20,000 bases of DNA from an uncultured delta proteobacterium (GTDB taxonomy: Bacteria > Myxococcota > Myxococcia > Myxococcales > 40CM-4-68-19). Positions within the stretch are counted from its first letter, which is position 1, and every line of letters begins with the position of its first letter. The notes under the pieces were generated by a model that was not told the origin of the DNA, did no database searches, and saw only the letters and a list, made by a program, of their open reading frames with translations. Below are positions 1 through 8,264 of the stretch, one piece after another. The stretch lies in contig CAIWCD010000001.1 of NCBI GenBank assembly GCA_903911145.1, forward strand, positions 115,376-135,375, in the 5' to 3' direction. The translations under genes were made by a program, and so were the position numbers.

Positions 1-68
1 CGTTGACTCCTTCAAGAGCCGCGCAATTCAGGGAGAGCGCCAGGCGGGCGGGTCATTAGCACGCGCCC

Positions 69-105
69 AGCGCAGGCGGCAACGAGAGCGAATGCCGCCT
101 GCGCT
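69..105. repeat. Perfect 13-bp stem hairpin downstream of the lamin-tail gene (possible terminator or REP-like element)
   Basis: AGCGCAGGCGGCA (69-81) is the exact reverse complement of TGCCGCCTGCGCT (93-105), with an 11-nt loop. It lies 14 nt past the minus-strand stop at 120-122. No U-tract on the minus strand. Confidence 0.55.
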
Positions 106-119
106 TGAGCGCATTCACA

Positions 120-1796
120 TCAAGGTGCGCGTCCGGGCGAGCCGCCAACGGCCCCGCAATTGAAGGAGTCTGCTGCGTCAGCGGAATCGATCGCGGCGCG
201 CTCGAGGCTCACCCCGACCGGACAGTTGAACGCGCCTCCCGGAAACGAGGAGAGAGGGATCGGCGTGCCGCCGTCAGCGGCCTGCGCCACGAGCGTCATT
301 GCCGGAGGAGATTCATCGGTGAGGCCATGCGCGAGGAGCCGCTGCGTCGATGCGCGCAGCACCGGAACGCCCGGGGGCAGGAGATAGCGCGAGGCATCGA
401 ACGAGGCGCCGACGGCAAGAGCGTATCCTCCCGGCTCGAGAATGGGCGGAGATGGAGGCGTCGCGGCGAGAAGCGGCCGGACGACGCCGTCGGGCCCCTG
501 AAGCCCAAGCAGCGAGAGATCGATCGCGCCGCTGCCTCCATTGTGGATCTCGACGTACTCACCCTCGTCGCGAGGCACGGGCAGAGGCGGTGAGGCCATT
601 ACTTCGTCGATGATCGCCACGGGCAGCAAGCCGAGCGTCGCGAACGGCATTGGAGAAAGCGCGCCCGTGTTGCCTTCATCGTCTTCTAGCCAGACCGAGG
701 CGATGTAGCTCGAAGACGAGGAGAGATCTGCAAGTTCGATGTCGAGGGCGCAGGGAGCGCTCGGCGCGGTGCAGCTTCGCGGCGCGCAGGAGGCAAAAGA
801 GGTCACGTTGGCGATGCAGCCTGCGACCGAACAATCGTTCGGCGCGTTGCCTGCGCTCGCAGGTCCGAGAACGAGGGTTCCAGCGTCGGCCGTGTCGGCG
901 ATTGGCGAAACCTGGACGACGACGCGCGCGGGGGAGTCGAGGGAGAGGTGGAGCAGCGCGGAGTCGTCGCGGGGCTCGAGCGCGGCAGAGAGCGCCACCG
1001 GACTCGCCGTCCGCGCGCAATCGAGCGTTGTGAACGAGGCTTGCTCGACGGGCTTTCCATCGAGTTCCAGAGAGTAGGTCTGTCCGGGAAGCAACACAGA
1101 GCACGGCGCCTCCGGGCAAATCGACAGCACTGCTTCGCCAGGAAGAGCGGGAGCCGCGCTGGCCGCGACGAGGCCAGCGGCTCCGACGAGCGAGAGCACT
1201 CCGCCCGGAGAACCCACCGAGAACGAGACGCGCACGAAGAGCAGATTCGATGGAGCAAATGAGCCGGCCGGCGGATCGACCAGTCTGGGCGCGGCCGCGG
1301 AGCTCGCGACGGAGTAGATGAATTCTGCTCCGCCTCCCTGCATCCGCTGCCCGGCTGCACTCTTGAGACGAGGAGAAGCGAGCAGCGCATAGAACCCCGG
1401 AGCGAGTGGAGAAGTGGGCGTGAGCGTGAGGGAGAGCGCCTGATCGCCCAGCGTCGCGCGCGCCGGGATGACGAGCGCCCCCTCGGCGGCAGTCAGCCGG
1501 GAATGCTCGAGCGCGGCGGCGATGACCTCGGCGTTGCTCTGCGCGACGAGCACGACGGTCTCGCTGCGCGCAACGTCGGAGAGAAGGAGGCTTGCGTCCA
1601 TCGGCGTCGAGAACGAAACGACGAACGAAGCGGTAGTCGAGACGTCTCCGGGAGAGGGAAATACCGAGGTGACCTTCGCGGGAGATGGCGCGAGGCCCGC
1701 ATCGGCACCGGCCGTGAGATCGAGTTGCGCGCAGGCGATGATCGGAGCCAGGGCGAGCGCCGCGCAGGCGAGCAGCACCGGATGCGGCGGCCGCAT
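120..1796 (-). CDS. Secreted/lipoprotein with N-terminal bacterial Ig-like (Big_5-type) domain and C-terminal lamin-tail domain
   Basis: Within ORF 120..2456. ATG at 1796 gives the signal MRPPHPVLLACAALALAPIIA-C (lipobox-like). Ig-like motifs VTSVFPSPG..VVSFSTPMD and LTLTPTSPLAPG.Y; lamin-tail motif IIDEVMASP...EYVEIHNGGSGAIDLS...LEPGGYALAV...GSPG. Alternative GTG start at 1934. Confidence 0.75.
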   Translation of the reverse strand: MRPPHPVLLACAALALAPIIACAQLDLTAGADAGLAPSPAKVTSVFPSPGDVSTTASFVVSFSTPMDASLLLSDVARSETVVLVAQSNAEVIAAALEHSRLTAAEGALVIPARATLGDQALSLTLTPTSPLAPGFYALLASPRLKSAAGQRMQGGGAEFIYSVASSAAAPRLVDPPAGSFAPSNLLFVRVSFSVGSPGGVLSLVGAAGLVAASAAPALPGEAVLSICPEAPCSVLLPGQTYSLELDGKPVEQASFTTLDCARTASPVALSAALEPRDDSALLHLSLDSPARVVVQVSPIADTADAGTLVLGPASAGNAPNDCSVAGCIANVTSFASCAPRSCTAPSAPCALDIELADLSSSSSYIASVWLEDDEGNTGALSPMPFATLGLLPVAIIDEVMASPPLPVPRDEGEYVEIHNGGSGAIDLSLLGLQGPDGVVRPLLAATPPSPPILEPGGYALAVGASFDASRYLLPPGVPVLRASTQRLLAHGLTDESPPAMTLVAQAADGGTPIPLSSFPGGAFNCPVGVSLERAAIDSADAADSFNCGAVGGSPGRAP

Positions 1797-1930
1797 CGGA
1801 GGGAGATGCGCGGGATGCGGAACGGCCCAGGGCAACGGCTTCGCGCGAGGCGCGGGACAGGCTGTTTCGGTTGGCGACGGCGGCAACGGCTTGCGCGCGC
1901 GGGGGGCGATGGGGATCGGCGGGAGTTGCG

Positions 1931-2629
1931 TCACGGCGTGGGCTCCTGGGTGAGGGATTGGGTCAGTGCGTCGGCACGCGACTGCACGCGGGCGAGCGAT
2001 TCGCGGAAGAGGCCGCCGGTGAGGGCATCGAGCGCGGCGGTCGTTTCGAGCAGGCCCAGCACGGCCTCGAGCTGCACCGAGCCCGCCGCGACGGCGAGCT
2101 GGCTGAGTGCAGCAATGCGTCGTCGCCGCTCCGCGTAGAGCTCGGCAGCGCGAACTGCTGCGGCCTGGCGCGTGCGGGCGAGATGGACTGTCGCGAGGGC
2201 AAGCTGGCTCTCGTCGCGCGAATAGATCGCCTGCGGCAGGTCCCACGACAGCATCACGGACCAGGTCGTCGCGCCGCCCAGATCGGTCCAGTGGACCGGG
2301 TTCTGATTCATCGTGCCGTCGCGCGTCCGATCGCTTGCACTGCCGCCAAGCTGGCCGCGCACCGCGGGAGCCCAGTGCGCGGCCCGTGCACGAATGGCAC
2401 GCGAGGCATCGTCGGACGCATCTCCTGCTGCGAGCCGTGCGGCCGCGTGCTGGCATTCCGCCAGGCTCGGCTCGCGCGCGACGACAGGCGGAAGATCGCT
2501 CCCTGCAGGCGTGGGCGACGACGCAGCATGGGACGCTCGCGAAGGAGGCGGAGGGTCAGCGGCCAGCGCCGCGTGCGTGAGGAGAGCCGCGCCCAGCAAG
2601 GCCCAGCGCGATGCGCGTATTCTCTGCAT
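1931..2629 (-). CDS. Secreted hypothetical protein resembling a single outer-membrane-efflux (TolC/OEP-like) repeat
   Basis: RBS GGAGG before the ATG; signal peptide ending AALA-ADP; helix, then WAPAVRGQLGG...TWSVMLSWDL beta hairpin, then helices (AELYAERRR, LDALTGG). The fold call is inference. Confidence 0.7.
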   Translation of the reverse strand: MQRIRASRWALLGAALLTHAALAADPPPPSRASHAASSPTPAGSDLPPVVAREPSLAECQHAAARLAAGDASDDASRAIRARAAHWAPAVRGQLGGSASDRTRDGTMNQNPVHWTDLGGATTWSVMLSWDLPQAIYSRDESQLALATVHLARTRQAAAVRAAELYAERRRRIAALSQLAVAAGSVQLEAVLGLLETTAALDALTGGLFRESLARVQSRADALTQSLTQEPTP

Positions 2630-2668
2630 GGTCCCTCCAGCGCGGCGTCCATTCGCCGTGGGGGACCG

Positions 2669-2687
2669 TTTGCAGCGGGCGTGCCGA
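2669..2687 (-). promoter_or_regulatory. Candidate sigma54 (-24/-12) promoter
   Basis: Minus strand reads TCGGCACG-CCCG-CTGCAAA against consensus TGGCACG-N4-TTGCW. Exact GG-N10-GC spacing, about 40 nt upstream of ATG 2629. Confidence 0.55.
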
Positions 2688-2744
2688 GGTCAGGATCCGG
2701 TGTCGCTCAGAGGAGAATCCAGTCGCGGGCAACCTCTCCGGGTC

Positions 2745-2999
2745 TCATTTCGAGACGGGGAGCGGTCCACTTTGCGACCCGCACGCCGCCTGCTCCGGCA
2801 CGTTCGCGGAGGCCTTCTCGAGTCGCGCGCGCAGTTGCACGTTTTCGTCGTGCTCGTTCTCAAACGCGGCGCGGTAATGGCGCGCGCGGGACTGCTCATC
2901 GCGCAGCACCTGTTCGGGGATCCGATCGCACGCAAACCCGCACAGGGCGCAGACGAGCGCGCACAGCGAAGCTCGCAGAAGCCAGGATGCCTTGCTCAA
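2745..2999 (-). CDS. Small putative lipoprotein with short coiled coil
   Basis: 3' end of the 2745..4493 frame: (V)LSKASWLLRASLCALVCALCGFA-CDRIPEQVLRDEQSRARHYRAAFENEHDENVQLRARLEK. GGAG at 3010-3007; TTG 2999 overlaps the DsbD stop (TTGA); alternative GTG at 3002. Confidence 0.6.
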   Translation of the reverse strand: MSKASWLLRASLCALVCALCGFACDRIPEQVLRDEQSRARHYRAAFENEHDENVQLRARLEKASANVPEQAACGSQSGPLPVSK

Positions 3000-4441
3000 C
3001 ACCGATCTCCCGTGCAGGCGATCTGGTGCATCCGCTCGAGCATTTTCGCGGGCGGCTCGAATCCAGTGAGGCGGCCGGGACCTGCGCCTGGAGCGGAGCA
3101 GGAGGCTTGCGGTGCGACCGGAGGAGCAGGAACAGCAGCAAGCTGCTTCGCCTCGTCGCCCTTCCCTGCGCATCCAAACATCAGCACCGTGGGAAGGCCG
3201 GGCACACCATATTTGTCGGTCAGGCGATCGATCTCGTCGGTCGATTCGGTCGCGTCCACCTTGAGCGGCACGAACTTCTCGGCGATCGCGCGCTGCACGT
3301 CGGGATCCGAGAAGGTGTGCGCGTCGAGCTCCTTGCAGGCGGCGCACCAGTCGGCGAAGAAGTCGACGAGCAGCGGCTTGCCGCTCGCGCGCGCCTCGGC
3401 CAGCGCGGCCTTCTCGTCGTGCAGCCAGTGGATCTGCGGAGCGACCGGGGCTCCGAGCCAGCCGAAGCGAAAGGCGATCGCGCCCATCAGCAGCACGAGC
3501 GAGAACCCTTTCATCATCCGCTCGCGCGGCTCGTGGTGGAAGCTCAAGGAGAGCGCGCCGAGCGCCACTGCGACGAGCGAGATGCCCGCGCCGATGAGCG
3601 CAAACGCGCGCGGAGTCAGCGCGAGCGCGTGCGGGTGCGGCAGGTGCGGGAGAATCATCGAGGTCCCCGCGGCGACGAGCGCGATGCCCAGACCGCTCTT
3701 GACGATCTCCATCCAGGCACCCGAACGCGGCAACTTCATCGAGGTCGCGCCGAGCACGAAGAAGAGCGTGCCCAGACCGATCGCGTAGGTGAAGAGCATC
3801 CAGAATCCCAGGCCCACCGAGCGGGTCTGCGCGACGAACGCGAGCACGCCCGCGAGCACAGGTCCCGTGCAAGGCGCGGCGATGACACCCGCGAGGAGCC
3901 CCATCAGGAAGGCCGGCGCGAAGCCGGCGCCGCGCACTGAAGCGAGGCGATGCTTGAGCCCTTGCGGCAGGTCGATTTCGAAGGCGCCGAACATGCTGGC
4001 CGCGAGTCCGAAGAGCAGCAGCGCGAGGAGGATCGAGACGATCGGAGCCGAGAGCGCCGTCCCGAAAGCGCGACCCGAGAGCGCCGCGAAGAGGCCCAGG
4101 CACGAGTAGGTGACGGCGATGCCGGAGACATAGATCGCCGAGAGCCCGACTGCTCGTGCGCGCGACTGCGCCCCGCGTGCGCCAAAGATGCCGACCGTGA
4201 TCGGGATGAGCGGATAGACGCAGGGCGTGAGGCTCGTGAGCAGGCCCGCCGCGTAGAGGATCGCGAAGGAGCCCGCGCCGACGCCGTGCGTGAGTCCGAG
4301 GCTGCTCGAGAGATCCGCCCCGCCGCCGCCGAGCTGCAGCAGCGACGGCAATGCGGCAACCAGTGCGCCCACCGCGAGCGCGAGCAACAGGCGCGGCACC
4401 GGTACGGAGAAAACGCTGGAGTTCGAACTGGTGTCGCTCAT
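2996..4441 (-). CDS. dsbD: Protein-disulfide reductase DsbD family (CcdA-type transmembrane domain plus C-terminal thioredoxin)
   Basis: TSLTPCVYPLIP and APCTGP membrane cysteines; multiple TM helices; KPLLVDFFADWCAACKELD thioredoxin motif; GAGGAG RBS. Confidence 0.9.
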   Translation of the reverse strand: MSDTSSNSSVFSVPVPRLLLALAVGALVAALPSLLQLGGGGADLSSSLGLTHGVGAGSFAILYAAGLLTSLTPCVYPLIPITVGIFGARGAQSRARAVGLSAIYVSGIAVTYSCLGLFAALSGRAFGTALSAPIVSILLALLLFGLAASMFGAFEIDLPQGLKHRLASVRGAGFAPAFLMGLLAGVIAAPCTGPVLAGVLAFVAQTRSVGLGFWMLFTYAIGLGTLFFVLGATSMKLPRSGAWMEIVKSGLGIALVAAGTSMILPHLPHPHALALTPRAFALIGAGISLVAVALGALSLSFHHEPRERMMKGFSLVLLMGAIAFRFGWLGAPVAPQIHWLHDEKAALAEARASGKPLLVDFFADWCAACKELDAHTFSDPDVQRAIAEKFVPLKVDATESTDEIDRLTDKYGVPGLPTVLMFGCAGKGDEAKQLAAVPAPPVAPQASCSAPGAGPGRLTGFEPPAKMLERMHQIACTGDRC

Positions 4442-4599
4442 GCCGGAAGGCTCCTCGATGCGCGGCGCATCCTAGTCCTGTCAGACGCGCCACGCACGCT
4501 GGCGTTACGTCTCAAGCAGGCGCGGCAAGAAGAAGACGCATGGGCGGCGGCGGCGATTCCCGACCATCGCGAATGATGCGTTCGCCGGAGGAGCGAGGC

Positions 4600-4626
4600 T
4601 TGACTTGCAGAGCGCGGATCCATAAT
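4600..4626 (+). promoter_or_regulatory. Candidate sigma70 promoter of iscS
   Basis: TTGACT (4600-4605) and CATAAT (4621-4626); the 15-nt spacer is short; overlaps the operator below. Confidence 0.45.
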
Positions 4627-4646
4627 AGACCGGTCCAGTCCACATT
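4622..4646. promoter_or_regulatory. IscR/Rrf2 type-1-like operator upstream of iscS
   Basis: ATAATAGAC-CGGTCCA-GTCCACATT, 25 bp with GAC-N7-GTC geometry; the right arm matches the iscU box. Confidence 0.65.
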
Positions 4647-4687
4647 CGATCAAACGCGCCCGGACGCCACGCGCAACGCCTCTGAGG

Positions 4688-5911
4688 ATGAGCATGCTGG
4701 AATTTCCCATCTACCTCGACAACAACGCGACCACGCCCGTCGACCCGCGCGTGCTCGACGCGATGCTGCCCTTCTTCAAGAACGTCTTCGGCAACGCCGC
4801 GAGCCGCAGCCACGCGTACGGCTGGGCCGCCGAGGAAGCGGTCGAGTATGCGCGCGAGCAGATCGGGGCGCTGATCGGCTGCTCGGACAAGGAGATCGTC
4901 TTCACCTCGGGCGCGACCGAGTCGAACAACCTCGCGCTCAAGGGCGTCGCGGAGTTCTACGCGGACAAGGGCAATCACATCATTACGTGCCGCACCGAGC
5001 ACAAGTGCATCCTCGACACCTGCAAGCGCCTCGAGCGCGAGGGGGTCAAGGTGACTTATCTCGACACCGACAAGCAGGGCCGCGTGACGGCGCAGCAAGT
5101 CCGCGAGGCGATCACCGACAAGACGATCCTCGTCTCGATCATGTTCGCGAACAACGAGATCGGAACGGTGCAGCCCATCGCGGAGATCGGCAAGGTCTGC
5201 CGCGAGAAGGGCGTGCTCTTCCACACCGACGCGGTTCAGGGCGTGGGCAAGCTGCCGTTCAATGTCGACGAGATGAATGTCGATCTCGTCTCGCTCTCTG
5301 CGCACAAGATCTACGGACCCAAGGGAGTCGGCGCGCTCTACGTGCGGCGCAAGCCGACGCGTGTTCGCGTGACGGCGCAGATCGACGGCGGCGGCCATGA
5401 GCGCGGGATGCGGTCGGGAACGCTGAACGTGCCGGGCATCGTCGGATTCGGGAAGGCCGCGGAGATCTGCAAAGCGGAGATGGCCGAAGAAGGAATCCGC
5501 ACCGGCAAGATGCGTCTGCGGCTCCAGGACTACTTCTTCAAGCACCTCGATCACCTCGAGCTCAACGGGCATGCGGATCATCGGCTGCCGGGCAATCTGA
5601 ACATCTCGTTCGCCTACGTCGAGGGCGAGGCGCTGATGATGGCGATTAAGAACGTCGCGGTGTCGAGCGGCTCGGCCTGCACGTCGGCCAGCCTCGAGCC
5701 GAGCTACGTGCTGCGCGCGTGCGGCGTCAGCGAGGAGCTCGCGCATACGTCGATCCGCTTCGGGATCGGGCGCTTCACGACCGACGAGGAGATCGATTAC
5801 GTCGGGAAGTATGTCGTCGATCAGGTCGTCAAGCTGCGCGAGATGAGCCCGCTGTATGAGATGGCCAAAGAAGGCATCGATCTCAACTCGATCGAGTGGG
5901 CCGCTCATTAG
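4688..5911 (+). CDS. iscS: Cysteine desulfurase IscS
   Basis: [36 protein letters not shown] (PLP lysine), [17 protein letters not shown]-terminal [14 protein letters not shown]. Start at 4688 or 4694. Confidence 0.97.
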   Translation: MSMLEFPIYLDNNATTPVDPRVLDAMLPFFKNVFGNAASRSHAYGWAAEEAVEYAREQIGALIGCSDKEIVFTSGATESNNLALKGVAEFYADKGNHIITCRTEHKCILDTCKRLEREGVKVTYLDTDKQGRVTAQQVREAITDKTILVSIMFANNEIGTVQPIAEIGKVCREKGVLFHTDAVQGVGKLPFNVDEMNVDLVSLSAHKIYGPKGVGALYVRRKPTRVRVTAQIDGGGHERGMRSGTLNVPGIVGFGKAAEICKAEMAEEGIRTGKMRLRLQDYFFKHLDHLELNGHADHRLPGNLNISFAYVEGEALMMAIKNVAVSSGSACTSASLEPSYVLRACGVSEELAHTSIRFGIGRFTTDEEIDYVGKYVVDQVVKLREMSPLYEMAKEGIDLNSIEWAAH

Positions 5912-5922
5912 TCGGTGAGTTA

Positions 5923-6028
5923 ATCGGCGAGCCGGATCGACGTGCTCGATCCGTGCTCGCTCACGGACTCCCGCGAGGGGAGTCCTAACGCTGCGCGCGG
6001 CATCGACCACGTCGACTCCGGCTCGCCT
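5923..6028 (+). repeat. 106-bp palindromic element, left copy (inverted repeat of 8265-8370)
   Basis: About 6 differences over ~107 aligned columns versus the reverse complement of 8265-8370. Self-complementary ends GGCGAGCCGGA/TCCGGCTCGCC; apical stem GGACTCCC-GCGAG-GGGAGTCC. Confidence 0.92.
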
Positions 6029-6153
6029 TTGCGCTCTACAAGACTACTGAGTTCATCGAGTGAATCGCGGGATTGCTCAGCCTGAGGTTGTTCGGGCAGT
6101 TGGCTATGCGTTCGCGCTTCAGCTTAGTTCGTGCTGGATCAGGGTTGGTTAGT

Positions 6154-6173
6154 CTTAATCAAATTTAATTAAG
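6154..6173. promoter_or_regulatory. AT-rich palindromic operator immediately upstream of the VOC gene
   Basis: CTTAATCAAATTTAATTAAG is a 20-bp palindrome with one mismatched pair, ends 4 nt before ATG 6178 and abuts a -10-like TAGTCT (6150-6155). Confidence 0.6.
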
Positions 6174-6177
6174 GTTA

Positions 6178-6618
6178 ATGACGATGAATCCTCCTCCGAG
6201 TGGCTGGCCGCGGATCTCTTCGGCGCTCTTTTATCGGGAGCCGATTGCGGCGATCGATTGGCTCGTGCGCGCGCTGGGGTTCGAGGTGCGCATCAAGGTA
6301 GTCGGTGACGACGGAGCGCTGCACCACTCGGAGCTGACGCGCGGGGGCGGCGTCGTGATGGTGTCGAGCGCGGCGGCGGATCCGAGCCGGCGCAGTCCAG
6401 CAGCGCTCGGTGGCGGGAATACGCAGGCGCTGATGATCTATGTCGATGGCGTGGATGCGCTCTGCCAGAGGGCGCGCGCGGCTGGCGCGAAAGTCATCAG
6501 CGAGCCGAAGGATACCGATTACGGCGCCGAGTATTGGTGCGATCGGGGATGCGAGATCGAGGATCCCGAGGGGCATCGCTTCTGGCTTGTGCAGCGGCTG
6601 CGGACGGCCGGGGAGTAG
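6178..6618 (+). CDS. VOC / glyoxalase-bleomycin resistance family protein (PhnB-like)
   Basis: LFYREPIAAIDWLVRALGF, HSELTRGGGVVMV, IYVDGVDALCQRARAAGAKVISEPKDTDYG, IEDPEGHRFW. Confidence 0.92.
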   Translation: MTMNPPPSGWPRISSALFYREPIAAIDWLVRALGFEVRIKVVGDDGALHHSELTRGGGVVMVSSAAADPSRRSPAALGGGNTQALMIYVDGVDALCQRARAAGAKVISEPKDTDYGAEYWCDRGCEIEDPEGHRFWLVQRLRTAGE

Positions 6619-6694
6619 TCAGAGCGCGGCGATGAATCGACGATCGCCGTCATCGAATCATCCGACACCTGCTCGAGTCGCTTCACGACTGAAC

Positions 6695-7327
6695 TCACAG
6701 TGCCGGCACCGTGAACTCCATCGCGTTGGACTCCACCAGGCCTTGCCAGAACGTCGGGAGCTCATCCCAGTGCGCGCGATAGTTCGCCGCTTTCTTCTCG
6801 GCAGTTTCGTTGATGCTCTCCTTCGCATCCGCACCAGTGCGCTGCGAGGGAGTCGCTGCAAGGTAGCGGGCAATCCATTGCGCGCGGGTCTGCGCGTGGA
6901 GCTCGAGACGGGCCTGCAGCTTGTATCGTCCGGGCGCCAACGGCGCGCCACCGTACGGGACCTGAATCCACGCCCCGTTGGGATCGAACGAGACGATGTA
7001 GCTCTCGAGGACCCGGCGCTCGCCCGGACGCAGCGGCGCACTCGGCGGTGGCGGCGGCAGCGGCGGCGCGAACCCGGCCTGGTCGCGCATATCGGCGAAC
7101 GCGACGCGAACTCCCGCAGCGTCGAGCAGAGTCGGCACCAGCGGCTCGGTCGGCAGTTCGACTGGCTGCGCGCTCTCGTTGATCAGCGTGAGCGTCAGCG
7201 TGATGCCGCGATAGATCGTCGTCGCCGGATTGGGCGCTTGTGTCAGCTCCAGCCGCGGTCGCGCGCTCGCGCTGATGCTTGAAGGAAGGCCGGCCACGAG
7301 CACCGCCAATGCGAGAGGAAGAATCAT
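6695..7327 (-). CDS. Secreted hypothetical protein, probable Ig-like beta sandwich
   Basis: Signal MILPLALAVLVAG; motifs ITLTLTLINESAQPVEL, LRPGE, LAPGRYKLQARL, VESNAMEFTV. ATG 7327 is preferred over the ORF start at 7393. Confidence 0.7.
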   Translation of the reverse strand: MILPLALAVLVAGLPSSISASARPRLELTQAPNPATTIYRGITLTLTLINESAQPVELPTEPLVPTLLDAAGVRVAFADMRDQAGFAPPLPPPPPSAPLRPGERRVLESYIVSFDPNGAWIQVPYGGAPLAPGRYKLQARLELHAQTRAQWIARYLAATPSQRTGADAKESINETAEKKAANYRAHWDELPTFWQGLVESNAMEFTVPAL

Positions 7328-7360
7328 GGAAGCGCGAGAGTATCCCGCCTTGCGCGCAAA

Positions 7361-7393
7361 GTGCTCGGCTCGAACGGAGCTGTCGCCGAGCAC
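7361..7393. repeat. Intergenic hairpin
   Basis: GTGCTCGGC (7361-7369) pairs with GCCGAGCAC (7385-7393), between two co-oriented minus-strand genes. Confidence 0.35.
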
Positions 7394-7419
7394 AACGGTC
7401 TGTGCGTCGAGGAACCGAG

Positions 7420-8112
7420 CTAATCGTCTCCGCGTCGCGTGAGCGTCGGGTCCTGCATGAAACGATACGTCGGCCCAGCGGGCGCGTCGTCGGGCGGCGA
7501 CCAGAGCAGCGTGGTGGGCGTCTCGAGAAAATCAGGCGGCAGCAGTTCGCGCCGCTCGACGGCGATCGGATCGCCGCTGAACTCAATCCCGAGATTCATT
7601 CCCTCGACGCTTCGAGCGAAACGAATGCGCGCGCGCCACTGCGCATCGGTGATGGCGTACGAGGACCAGTCCTCCTCGGCGATCGCGAGCCACGAGCCAT
7701 CGACGAGCTGAAGGAGAAACCAGACGACGCCGTCGCCATTCTCGTCGGTCGCGGTCAGGATGCGCTTGACGTCGATCGTCTCGTCGGTTGCGTGGCGCAG
7801 CTGCCGCTCTTCGTCGCGCGCGATCTCAGCGAGCCGCTCTTCAAGATTCGCTTGCGCTCGTCTCATCCCGAGAATGCCGGCCGCCAATATGACCAGCGCG
7901 GCAACTGCGAGCGCGACGAGGAGTGGCGGACTTTGCGTTGCGGCAGCGCCGACGACAAGCCCGACGAACATGAGTGAGTGCGAGATCAGCGCGTCTTTGC
8001 GTGCGACGTCGCGGCGTTGCTTCGCGATTGCGCGCCGCATCTCGTAGTACCTCGTCACGACGGCGCGCTCGGCATCCGTGAGCGGGCGAGGCAATGCGGA
8101 CATGCTGCTCAT
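7420..8112 (-). CDS. Hypothetical membrane protein (two TM helices plus C-terminal soluble domain)
   Basis: Hydrophobic segments LMFVGLVVGAAA and LLVALAVAALVILAAGIL; native-looking composition unlike the Arg-rich shadow frames. Start at 8112 or 8103. Confidence 0.7.
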   Translation of the reverse strand: MSSMSALPRPLTDAERAVVTRYYEMRRAIAKQRRDVARKDALISHSLMFVGLVVGAAATQSPPLLVALAVAALVILAAGILGMRRAQANLEERLAEIARDEERQLRHATDETIDVKRILTATDENGDGVVWFLLQLVDGSWLAIAEEDWSSYAITDAQWRARIRFARSVEGMNLGIEFSGDPIAVERRELLPPDFLETPTTLLWSPPDDAPAGPTYRFMQDPTLTRRGDD

Positions 8113-8264
8113 CGCTCAACCGTATCGCACGAAGCGATTCATCGAGCGCAGCCGGTCGGGCCGAAGCGCGCCGAGCCGAATCGTGAATCACGCTCGACAA
8201 ATCATCCGCGCGACATCCGAGCCAATCACCCGTCCCCCGCGTCCACATTGCAAGAGCGCACGAT

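Noticed and set aside
1871..3940. 689-aa and 491-aa plus-strand ORFs
   Set aside because: Arg/Ala/Ser-rich shadows of the minus-strand genes.
4505..6010. 501-aa ORF antisense to iscS
   Set aside because: Shadow ORF from high-GC codon bias; no recognisable motifs; fully overlaps a conserved gene.
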